Shown: positions 34,859 to 42,087 of the stretch, piece by piece
Position numbering within the stretch: the first letter of the stretch is position 1
Layout of the letters: each line of letters opens with the position of its first letter
Source of the DNA: a virus
Direction: 5' to 3' (one strand)
Virus record (IMG/VR): IMGVR_UViG_3300038438_000005
DNA: 49,546 bases
Made by a program: the position numbers and the translations under genes
The notes under the pieces: generated by a model
Databases searched by the model: none
What the model was told of the DNA's origin: nothing
Seen by the model: only the letters and a program-made list of their open reading frames with translations

Positions 34859-35018
34859 CCGCATCGGAGTGTGCAATCGCAGGATGCAACCTTGGAGGCA
34901 GCGGCATTGACTAGGCGGGTTGCTCCGCTGACTAGATGCCGGCGATCAACTGATCACTGTTTCGATAAATCCCCCTGAGGTGGCGGTTCGACTCCGCCGA
35001 TTGCACACCCCGATGCGG
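34859..35018 (+). ncRNA. Candidate structured RNA A: 21-bp terminal helix enclosing a tRNA-like module
   Basis: 34859-34879 pairs with 34998-35018, with one A.C mismatch at 34868/35009. A T arm GGCGG-TTCGACT-CCGCC (34982-34998) abuts a 7-bp acceptor-like helix TGCAATC/GATTGCA. There is a D-like TGC-10 nt-GCA and a long arm at 34903-34940. No ORF with an SD is present. Confidence 0.45.
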
Positions 35019-35202
35019 ATGACCACTACACACCGCGCAAAGCGGCCCCCTGCATCGAACCTCTGACGACCTACCCCGATCCGTAGCCAGTAGCTGGACC
35101 GGGCCCACAGATGGCGACCTGCTGTTTCAGGCCTGCCATCTGGTTTCACAAATGCCTCTAGTCCCCCTGGAGGTATTTGGAAGCCAACAGACAGAGGCAG
35201 TT

Positions 35203-35421
35203 ATGAGCATTGGAACCGAATTCAAAAGGCATATACGGAACGGCTCTCGGCGCCCGGCAGGGGTCAAAGAGGACTCAGTGGTACACGCCAAAGGCGGCGA
35301 CCAAGAAATTATCCAGCGCGCTGACCGCGTTGACTGGCGGAATGTCTCTTCTTGGGCGTACACGGATAAGCCGGCAACCCCCATCGTGGATTACGCGCAT
35401 TGCGATGGCGAGTGCGATTAA
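35203..35421 (+). CDS. Small early protein, 72 aa, with a basic N-terminus
   Basis: GAGG lies 7 nt before the ATG. The N-terminus is MSIGTEFKRHIRNGSRRPAG. It lies between RNA elements A and B. Confidence 0.45.
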   Translation: MSIGTEFKRHIRNGSRRPAGVKEDSVVHAKGGDQEIIQRADRVDWRNVSSWAYTDKPATPIVDYAHCDGECD

Positions 35422-35494
35422 AACCTCTCCTTGCACGTCCGCCAGACGAAAATTGGCCCGATCCTTTCCTTGGGGAGACTCGTATAGGGAGAGG

Positions 35495-35578
35495 CTGCAT
35501 CGGAGTGTGATCTGAGTACCGCCAGCCAGCGCGAGAGCAAAGGCAGACAAACGTCATGCAGATCACACCCCGATGCAG
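35495..35578 (+). ncRNA. Candidate structured RNA B: same terminal helix motif, 44-nt interior
   Basis: 35495-35514 pairs with 35559-35578, with the same A.C mismatch. It shares the core GCATCGGAGTGTG/CACACCCCGATGC with element A. The inner helix differs compensatorily (ATCTG/CAGAT here, CAATCG/CGATTG in A). Confidence 0.45.
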
Positions 35579-35995
35579 AAGCGGCGTGGAAAGACTGGCT
35601 TGATGTTAAGCCTCGCAGACACGCTACAAGCGGCATGACTCGATGGGGATCGCTCCTTGGGGATTGGAACCAAGGTGGGTAGGTGCACACCATCCTTTTT
35701 TGGTGGAAACAGGCCCCTGGATTCGAACGTACAGCAGCCTTGCCGAGCAATCGGGCGATATCGAACGCGCTGCGGCCATTACACAGATCATGCACGGTCC
35801 ATAGCCGGGGTAGCGTCCGGCCTTCTGCATCAACCCCGGGGCCCACTGCACATCCCGCCGGGAGGGAGCCGAAAGGTAGCAGCAGCCCGCACATGCGGAT
35901 TTTCTTTCCAGCAAGCAACGGGGGATACAGCCATGAAATAGCTCAGTGAAGTAGATACCCCGCGCCACGTAGGGAGGTCTATGTGTCGCACCGAA

Positions 35996-36021
35996 AGCCC
36001 GGGCAATGTTCGGGCTTTTTT
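35996..36021 (+). terminator. Intrinsic terminator at the end of the structured leader domain
   Basis: AGCCCG-9 nt-CGGGCT followed by TTTTTT, 40 nt before the next gene. Confidence 0.65.
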
Positions 36022-36060
36022 ACGCCCGAAAACCGGGTGAGCCAACGAATGGAGAGATTC

Positions 36061-36294
36061 ATGAGCAAAGACAACAGTGAGCCTGCGTTCCCGGCTCCAG
36101 AAGCGTCGATGGAGCATTTCGGAACGGCCGATGGGTACACAGGAGCGAGTCTGCGCGACTACTTCGCGGCTCACGCAATGCCTGGCCTTATGGGTAGAGC
36201 GTGGGCACCACTGGAAGGGAGCGAGCTTATAAATGAGTGGGCTAAAGCTGCTTACGCCGTGGCAGACGCCATGCTCGCCGCCCGTTCCGCCTAA
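36061..36294 (+). CDS. Hypothetical early protein, 77 aa
   Basis: GGAGAG lies 5 nt before the ATG at 36061. Confidence 0.55.
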   Translation: MSKDNSEPAFPAPEASMEHFGTADGYTGASLRDYFAAHAMPGLMGRAWAPLEGSELINEWAKAAYAVADAMLAARSA

Positions 36295-36315
36295 CCCCAA
36301 ACACTGGAGGTCGCC

Positions 36316-36615
36316 ATGAGCGCAACAGTTGAAGTGAGTTGCGCATGGTGCGCCGAGACGTTCACGGCACGAACTGCCGACAGAAAGCGAGGATGGGGCA
36401 GGTTTTGCTCAAAGTCGTGCAAGTCCAGTAAGCAGAAGTACGGCGCTACCAAAGCATTTTGGGATAAGGCCAACCCCAACAATAAGCGCAGCAACATCGC
36501 CAAGTACGGTGAGCGCCTGTTGCGCGACAGCGGCGGATGCATCGACGACGACGTTGATATTTCCGATATGGACTGGGGCGCCAGCGATGGCGGCGGTTAC
36601 GAATCAATCAGGTAA
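36316..36615 (+). CDS. Cys-rich small protein (zinc-ribbon-like)
   Basis: It carries the CAWC...CSKSC pairs. 99 aa. Confidence 0.55.
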   Translation: MSATVEVSCAWCAETFTARTADRKRGWGRFCSKSCKSSKQKYGATKAFWDKANPNNKRSNIAKYGERLLRDSGGCIDDDVDISDMDWGASDGGGYESIR

Positions 36616-36629
36616 GACTGGAGGCGACC

Positions 36630-36905
36630 ATGACTTACGAAGTAATTGTTGAAGGGTACGTCCTCCAGGTGGAGGTGACGTCTTGCGAGGAAGCTCTGCC
36701 AGCCGAGTACCGGAATGGCAGCCGGGAACTGACGTTCAACGTCTTGTCCGGGACCATGTACGACGCCGACCGCGTCCCGATGGACGTGTGCCAACTTGAG
36801 CTGGCCGTGATTGCCGAGAGCAAGGAATACGTCCCGATGATCGAGAAGGAGCTGTGGTTCGAGATTGACGCCCGCAGGCTCAGGAAAGGGAGGTTGGCAG
36901 CATGA
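36630..36905 (+). CDS. Hypothetical early protein
   Basis: 91 aa. GGAGG lies upstream, and its stop is ATGA-coupled to the next gene. Confidence 0.55.
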   Translation: MTYEVIVEGYVLQVEVTSCEEALPAEYRNGSRELTFNVLSGTMYDADRVPMDVCQLELAVIAESKEYVPMIEKELWFEIDARRLRKGRLAA

Positions 36906-37162
36906 AAAGCTATCACCAGCGCGCCATTGAAATGATCCAGCAGCAGATCACGCAGATCTGCAAGTCATGCCGACCCGATGAAGACTTCTGCGAAGGCATG
37001 ATCCAGGCGAATGTCGGACAAGGCCACATCAGTACCGAGGAATCGGTGGAGCTGATGCAGCTTCTGGTCAACGCCGTATCGGCAAGGCGCCGGGAACTAC
37101 AGCAACAGAGCGCGGCCAAGCGGCTTGCAGACTACGAACTCCAATATGGGCGAGCGCTATGA
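36902..37162 (+). CDS. Hypothetical early protein
   Basis: 86 aa, in the ATGA-coupled chain. Confidence 0.55.
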   Translation: MKSYHQRAIEMIQQQITQICKSCRPDEDFCEGMIQANVGQGHISTEESVELMQLLVNAVSARRRELQQQSAAKRLADYELQYGRAL

Positions 37163-37296
37163 CCATCATCGCCGGATCATTTACAGGAATCGTGGAAGCC
37201 TTGAGAAATCGAGGCTTCTTGCTTTTGGCCGAAGTGAAATGGATCGAGCAGCCTTGCAAGTGTGCGGGCCGCTGGACTTGCAAGGTGGCGCCATGA
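37159..37296 (+). CDS. Micro-ORF, 45 aa (not in the track)
   Basis: It has ATGA overlaps at both ends. The product is MTIIAGSFTGIVEALRNRGFLLLAEVKWIEQPCKCAGRWTCKVAP. Confidence 0.4.
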   Translation: MTIIAGSFTGIVEALRNRGFLLLAEVKWIEQPCKCAGRWTCKVAP

Positions 37297-37532
37297 CCGA
37301 CCTTCTCAATATGGAACTGATCAACTCGCTGCCACAGCCTTTGTGGGTAAGTGAAAACGGGAAAGACTGGTGGTGGCCGGTGCAAGATATTTGCGTTGAA
37401 AGCGGCATCGTTCGAATCGACGTGTGCGGAATATTACAGGCCGGCCACCTTTCGGACTGGCTTTATGTACGCGACGACGCCCAGGTCATTCATGACCCGG
37501 ACACCTTCTATCTTGAAGATGAATCGCCATGA
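37293..37532 (+). CDS. Hypothetical early protein, 79 aa
   Basis: It starts at an ATGA overlap. The product begins MTDLLNMELINSLPQPLWVSENGKDWWWPV. Confidence 0.5.
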   Translation: MTDLLNMELINSLPQPLWVSENGKDWWWPVQDICVESGIVRIDVCGILQAGHLSDWLYVRDDAQVIHDPDTFYLEDESP

Positions 37533-37648
37533 CCACCCGCCAGCAGCACAGGCGCCGCGCCATCCGCTGGGCCTTCTTCATCACCGGCCTGATCTTCTAC
37601 GCCGTCCTGTTCCTGGGCCCCGCTATCGGCGGCCTGATCACTCAATAG
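37529..37648 (+). CDS. Micro-ORF, 39 aa, membrane helix (not in the track)
   Basis: It has an ATGA overlap with the upstream stop. The product is MTTRQQHRRRAIRWAFFITGLIFYAVLFLGPAIGGLITQ. Confidence 0.4.
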   Translation: MTTRQQHRRRAIRWAFFITGLIFYAVLFLGPAIGGLITQ

Positions 37649-37657
37649 GTAAACGTC

Positions 37658-37885
37658 ATGACCGAATGGATTGCATGTAGCGACAGGCTACCCGACAAGT
37701 CTGGCGTATACCCGGCCTGCTCGATGCATCCGCAGCGGACGTACGACGCAAGCGACTGGATTGAATTGCTCTGCATGTTCGACGCCAAGGCCAAGCCTGG
37801 CGAAAGCAAGTGGCAGCACTCGTCGGGCTTCTACGACAACGCAATCACGCATTGGCTGCCACTTCCAACTCCGCCAGCCCAATAA
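37658..37885 (+). CDS. DUF551-like phage protein
   Basis: MTEWIACSDRLPDKSG...THWLPLPTPP matches the typical DUF551 start and end pattern. Confidence 0.6.
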   Translation: MTEWIACSDRLPDKSGVYPACSMHPQRTYDASDWIELLCMFDAKAKPGESKWQHSSGFYDNAITHWLPLPTPPAQ

Positions 37886-37927
37886 CCCCCTTCACAGCGC
37901 CCCTCTCCGGTGGCGCGGAGAGAAATC

Positions 37928-38449
37928 GTGTCCAACGAATCGAAAACCCACTTCAAGAAGGCATTCAACAGCCCCTACTTGAGCAGTGCCGACATCGTCG
38001 GTCACATGACCTTCACCGTGGCCCGCGTAACGCTGGAGGTGGACAAGACGAAGAAAACAAAGGACCTGTTCAACACGGCCTACTTCGTCGAGCGCGAGAT
38101 CCGCCCAGGCGAAAAGCTCAAGCCGATGATCCTCAACGTCACCAACAGCAAGACCATGAAGGCGCTGACCAACTCACCATTCATTGAGGACTGGCAGGGG
38201 ATCAAGATCACCGTGTACGTGGATTCGAACGTGAAGTTCGGCCGCGAGGTGATGGAAGGCCTGCGGATCAGCCCCAAGGCGCCGACGGTTGCATGGTTGA
38301 CGCCTGAAGTCGCAAGGCCCTGGGCCAATGCCAAGGCCGCGTATAAGCGCGACGGCAACCTGGACGCTGTTCTCGCCCGGTACTCAATGACAGAAGAGAA
38401 CCAGCAAAAGCTGATCAAGGAGTGCTCCGATGAATCGGCAGTGGCATGA
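37928..38449 (+). CDS. Hypothetical protein upstream of the exonuclease (possible recombination partner)
   Basis: GGAGAG lies 5 nt before the GTG at 37928. 173 aa. No annealing-protein motif was recognised. Confidence 0.4.
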   Translation: MSNESKTHFKKAFNSPYLSSADIVGHMTFTVARVTLEVDKTKKTKDLFNTAYFVEREIRPGEKLKPMILNVTNSKTMKALTNSPFIEDWQGIKITVYVDSNVKFGREVMEGLRISPKAPTVAWLTPEVARPWANAKAAYKRDGNLDAVLARYSMTEENQQKLIKECSDESAVA

Positions 38450-39053
38450 CGTTGAGCAGAACACCGAAGTATGGCAGCAGCTGCGAACCGGCAAGGTGAC
38501 GGCATCCAACGCTGGCTGCTTCATGGCAAACGGTGATGCTGCATTCGGGGAGCCTGCCAAGAAGTACGCCTTGCAGATCGCTCTGGAGATCGCCACCGGC
38601 CGCAAGGCTGAGTTCAGCTTCTCCAATGACCACACCGAGCGCGGTCATGAGCAGGAGCCAATCGCCAGGATGCACTACGAGGACGCCGAGTTCGTAACCG
38701 TCACCAACGGCGGGTTCTTCGACTGCGGCGACCATGGCGACTCTCCAGACGGCCTCATAGCCACTGACGGAGTGCTTGAGATCAAGTGCGTCACTGCCGC
38801 GGTGCATTACGCCAACCTCAAGCGCGAATCATTCGACCCGGCCTACCGCTGGCAGTTGGTCAGCCACCTGGATTGCACCGGTCGCGACTGGGTCGACTTC
38901 GTCAGCTTCTGCTCTGAATTCCCCGAGGCAAGCCAGCTCATCGTTTACCGGTCAACCCGTAACGACTTCAAGGAAGAGCTGCTGCGCCTGGCCGAACGCC
39001 GCGCCAAGTTCATTGAACTGGTCCAGACAACACTGAAAAGCATCCCGAGGTAG
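38430..39053 (+). CDS. YqaJ-type viral recombinase exonuclease
   Basis: The N-terminus is W.QLRTGKVTASNAG. It also has the PD-(D/E)xK-like core DGLIATDGVLEIKC. Confidence 0.75.
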   Translation: MNRQWHDVEQNTEVWQQLRTGKVTASNAGCFMANGDAAFGEPAKKYALQIALEIATGRKAEFSFSNDHTERGHEQEPIARMHYEDAEFVTVTNGGFFDCGDHGDSPDGLIATDGVLEIKCVTAAVHYANLKRESFDPAYRWQLVSHLDCTGRDWVDFVSFCSEFPEASQLIVYRSTRNDFKEELLRLAERRAKFIELVQTTLKSIPR

Positions 39054-39058
39054 CGATC

Positions 39059-39655
39059 ATGATCAGCATCCTCCGCAACGAAGTAGAGCGCCTGCGCCCT
39101 GCCCAGGAAGAACTTGCCGCCCAGGTCGCTGAGTTTGTGGCGGCCGGCGGGCGGATTGAGGAAGGCCCGGCCAGCGGCTACATCCCCAAGCCAATCACCT
39201 ACAGCAACCAGATGCCGCCGGCGCCCAAGCCGTTTGTTCGGCGGAAGGTTGAAGCGCCTCCGCCACTGAAGGCCGATCCCATAGACCCTAGAGCTGACAG
39301 GCGAGCCAAGCAGGCCGAACAAGCGAAAGCCTTGGCAGCTACGCACACGCAGACCGAAGCGTGTTTCGCCTTGGGCATGACGAGCAAAACCGTAAAGGCT
39401 CTGGCAAAGGACTTCGGCTTTACCTTCAAGCGCTCAACGCACGGTGGGTACAACGGCCCGGAGCGGAAAAAGGAAATTGCTGCGCGCGATGCCAAGTTCG
39501 CCGAGCGAATCAAGGCGTTCAAGGAGCTTGGATTATCGCGGCGAGTGGTTTGCGGAAAGCTTGCGATATCGAACAGAACGCTGGACCGCATTCTGATCGA
39601 GTACGACATCGACTATCCAAAATTACGACTTGGAAGCCGAGCATGCGCCGCATAG
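39059..39655 (+). CDS. Hypothetical protein with a C-terminal HTH-like region
   Basis: 198 aa, Pro-rich in the middle. The C-terminal part reads GLSRRVVCGKLAISNRTLDRIL. Confidence 0.5.
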   Translation: MISILRNEVERLRPAQEELAAQVAEFVAAGGRIEEGPASGYIPKPITYSNQMPPAPKPFVRRKVEAPPPLKADPIDPRADRRAKQAEQAKALAATHTQTEACFALGMTSKTVKALAKDFGFTFKRSTHGGYNGPERKKEIAARDAKFAERIKAFKELGLSRRVVCGKLAISNRTLDRILIEYDIDYPKLRLGSRACAA

Positions 39656-39724
39656 CCCGCACCCAGCAACGCAAACGTCAAACCTGGCTCGCACTGCCGG
39701 CCAGCGGAATAGAAGAGGTAGGCC

Positions 39725-40036
39725 ATGGCTGCCGCGCAGAAAGACCGATCGGCAAAGACTGCGGCGAGGCGAAAGACTCGCGGCGAGGAAGAATTGCGAC
39801 TCCACACTATGGCCGGCACCCGCCAGGCCTTGGCTGACCTGATGGCCTGGCACGGCATCGAGGAACAGGGCGAGGCCATGACCTTGATGATTCACCACCT
39901 GCACGGCCTGGGCCCGTCGGGATCGGCTCAGTTTCTCGCGCCGCCGCGACACAGTTATGTGATACCCGAAAACGTGTCGGCAAAACTGCAGCTCGCCTAC
40001 AACCGCGAAGCCCTTCGCATCTGCCACGACGAATAA
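39725..40036 (+). CDS. Hypothetical protein
   Basis: 103 aa, with AGAGG upstream. Confidence 0.5.
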   Translation: MAAAQKDRSAKTAARRKTRGEEELRLHTMAGTRQALADLMAWHGIEEQGEAMTLMIHHLHGLGPSGSAQFLAPPRHSYVIPENVSAKLQLAYNREALRICHDE

Positions 40037-40094
40037 CCCACCCTACTCGCTGCATCCGGTAACGCGGAGGGCGGCGCTTACCCGAGGAACACTG

Positions 40095-40706
40095 ATGAAA
40101 GCCAAGACAATTTCTATCGAGGCTGACGGCCTCAAAATCAAAGGCACTGCCGAACGTATGATTCAGCTGCTCGCGGCTAGCTTGTTTGTGCATGCTCTGC
40201 CACCGGCCGCGAATGTTAAGCCGGTAGTTGCGTCAGCCGTTCCTAAGATCGGCCAGACTTGGCCAGGCCAGGGCGGTATCAATGGCGGATTCGTTCAAGC
40301 TCGCGGTGACGTCCCAGCGCATTACCTGATCTTCGCCGCAAAAGATGTTGGCAGCCTTGAATGGGGTGGCCGTGGAGTCGAGGTGAAGGGCCTCAGCAAG
40401 ACCGACGGCCTCACCAACACCCAGGTGCTGATCGGCAACGATGACGAGCGTCAGTATCCCGCCGCCAACGCATGCGCCGAATACCAGGCCGATGGTCATC
40501 ACGACTTCTACCTGCCGGCCGCTGCCGAGCTGTACCAGGGGTGGCTGAACTGCCCCGAGGTATTCGATCAGGACTGCTATTACTGGTCGAGTTCGCAGCG
40601 CTCAGCCTACCTCGCATTCTACGTGGACTTCGGTGATGGCAGTCAGGGCTTCAGCGACAAGCACTACGAGCTCCGTGTCCGCCCCGTCCGCAGATTCTTT
40701 ATTTAA
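40095..40706 (+). CDS. DGR target protein 1 (C-type-lectin/DUF1566-like) with VR1 at its C-terminus
   Basis: GAGGAA lies upstream. The product has IGQTWPGQGGINGG near the middle and ends YYWSSSQRSAY...ELRVRPVRRFFI. The last 35 codons are VR1. Confidence 0.85.
   Translation: MKAKTISIEADGLKIKGTAERMIQLLAASLFVHALPPAANVKPVVASAVPKIGQTWPGQGGINGGFVQARGDVPAHYLIFAAKDVGSLEWGGRGVEVKGLSKTDGLTNTQVLIGNDDERQYPAANACAEYQADGHHDFYLPAAAELYQGWLNCPEVFDQDCYYWSSSQRSAYLAFYVDFGDGSQGFSDKHYELRVRPVRRFFI
40593..40697 (+). repeat. DGR variable repeat 1 (VR1)
   Basis: 105-nt alignment to the TR (41983-42087). There are 15 mismatches, and every one is at a TR adenine. Confidence 0.9.
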
Positions 40707-40741
40707 TCCTTCATTCATTCGTTCTTGATCCGGCACACCAG

Positions 40742-40760
40742 GGCGCACAGCGCCTTTTTT
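40742..40760 (+). terminator. Hairpin plus T-run downstream of VR1
   Basis: GGCGC-ACA-GCGCC followed by TTTTTT. The stem is short, so the call is weak. Confidence 0.4.
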
Positions 40761-40785
40761 GTTGCCTTCGAAAAGAGGAAGCACC

Positions 40786-41400
40786 ATGTCCGCAGTTGAG
40801 AAAGCAGCAGTAACCATCCCGGAAATCGGCCAGGCCTACGGCGGCGGATTCGTCACCGGCATTACCCGCGACCCGTCCACCGGCAAGCGCTCCCTGCACA
40901 TCACCGCCGGCGCAGCGCATGAGCTGGTCGGCAAGTGGGGCGAGTACGGCGAGAAGATCGAAGGCGCCGATAGCTTTACCGACAGCCTGGCCAACACCCA
41001 GGCAATGGCAGCGGCAGGCAGTGATCTGGCAGCAAAGGTGCTGGCCCTGAACATCGAAGGCCACACCGACTGGGCAATCCCGGCGCGGGATGTGCAGGAG
41101 CTGCAATACCGCCACTTCAAGCCGACCACCGAAGAGAACTGGGCGAGCTCGCGCAATGGCGACAACCCAAACAGCGAGCCTGTAGGCCTGCTGTACAGCG
41201 AAGAAGACCCGGTGCAGACCATCCACACCGAGTTCCAGGAAGGCGGCGCTGAAGCGTTCCGTGACACCTGGTACTGGTCATCCTCGCAGCGCTCAGCCTA
41301 CGACGCATTCAGCATGGGCTTCGATGATGGCGGTCAGGGCGACAACGACAAGGACAACGAGCTCCGTGTCCGCCCCGTCCGCAGCGAGATTATTGATTAA
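40786..41400 (+). CDS. DGR target protein 2 (paralogue, C-type-lectin/DUF1566-like) with VR2 at its C-terminus
   Basis: AGAGGAAG lies before the ATG at 40786. The product has IGQAYGGGFVTG near the N-terminus and ends WYWSSSQRSAY...ELRVRPVRSEIID. Confidence 0.85.
   Translation: MSAVEKAAVTIPEIGQAYGGGFVTGITRDPSTGKRSLHITAGAAHELVGKWGEYGEKIEGADSFTDSLANTQAMAAAGSDLAAKVLALNIEGHTDWAIPARDVQELQYRHFKPTTEENWASSRNGDNPNSEPVGLLYSEEDPVQTIHTEFQEGGAEAFRDTWYWSSSQRSAYDAFSMGFDDGGQGDNDKDNELRVRPVRSEIID
41284..41384 (+). repeat. DGR variable repeat 2 (VR2)
   Basis: 101-nt alignment to the TR (41983-42083). There are 11 mismatches, all at TR adenines. Confidence 0.9.
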
Positions 41401-41414
41401 TTCGTTTATTTAAT

Positions 41415-41432
41415 CCGGCCGCTTGCGGCCGG
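41415..41432 (+). promoter_or_regulatory. GC hairpin downstream of VR2 (candidate DGR target-recognition hairpin and/or terminator)
   Basis: CCGGCCG-CTTG-CGGCCGG, a 7-bp GC stem with a 4-nt loop, 31 nt after the VR2 end. Confidence 0.45.
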
Positions 41433-41454
41433 TTGCTCTTGGAGAGCGAGCCAC

Positions 41455-41811
41455 ATGGCAATGCATACGGAACTTGCGATCTACAAGGCTTCAATGGGGC
41501 TGCTGCACATGGCCACAACGATGACCCGGAACATCCCCCGCGACCTGAAGCAGTCACTCGGCAAGCGAGTGATCGACGAATGCATCGAAGTGCTGATGCT
41601 GATTGCCCGCGCCAATGCCACCCAGGACAAGCGGCCACACCTCACCCTGCTGGTCGAGAAGGTGCAGGTAGTCGAGTTCCTGATGCGGCTCTTCAAAGAC
41701 AACCGCTTTATCAGCATCCCGCAACACGCCCAGGCAATTGAGGTAACGGCCTCAATAGGCAAGCAAGCAAACGCCTGGAAACGCTCCACCCCCACCGCGC
41801 CCGCTACCTGA
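41455..41811 (+). CDS. avd: DGR accessory variability determinant (Avd, four-helix-bundle family)
   Basis: 118 aa, helical and basic. NIPRDLKQSLGKR and SIGKQANAWKR parallel the bAvd-type pattern. It sits between the targets and the TR, and GGAGAG lies upstream. Confidence 0.75.
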   Translation: MAMHTELAIYKASMGLLHMATTMTRNIPRDLKQSLGKRVIDECIEVLMLIARANATQDKRPHLTLLVEKVQVVEFLMRLFKDNRFISIPQHAQAIEVTASIGKQANAWKRSTPTAPAT

Positions 41812-41982
41812 AGGTTAAGGCTTTCTGGTCTGTGCGAATTGAATCTGGTCGTGCCGCTGACCTCTGGGTCACCGCCATGCGCACAAGAGATACCGCCGGT
41901 CTAAAGCGTCCGGGCAGGTCTTGCGCAGTTTCCTTGCTGATCGGCTTTGCCTTCGGCCTGGCGACGTAGATAGCACGATAGG

Positions 41983-42087
41983 TCGCAGCGCTCAGCCAAC
42001 AACGCATTCAACATGAACTTCGATGATGGCAATCAGAACAACAACGACAAGAACAACGAGCTCCGTGTCCGCCCCGTCCGCAGATTC
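41983..42087 (+). repeat. DGR template repeat (TR)
   Basis: It is rich in AAC codons (read in the VR frame: NNAFNMNFDDGNQNNNDKNNELRVRPVRRF). It is homologous to VR1 and VR2 and lies immediately 5' of, and overlapping, the RT frame. Confidence 0.9.

Noticed and set aside
34982-34998. Perfect tRNA-type T arm, suggesting a phage-encoded tRNA gene
   Set aside because: There is no canonical D arm or 7-nt anticodon loop, the region between arms is far too long, and there is no CCA or discriminator context. The acceptor helix continues into a 21-bp stem. It is reported instead as a tRNA-like structured RNA candidate.
34859-35578. Retron msr/msd (inverted repeats flanking a structured RNA) or Type III toxin-antitoxin RNA repeats
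   Set aside because: There is no adjacent RT or toxin gene. The only RT is 6.5 kb away and has DGR hallmarks plus its own TR. There are only two units, with different interiors.
41804-42007. 67-aa minus-strand ORF in the Avd-TR spacer
   Set aside because: It is antisense to the DGR transcription unit, has no SD, and has an Arg-rich random-looking translation. The spacer is more plausibly part of the TR-containing RNA.
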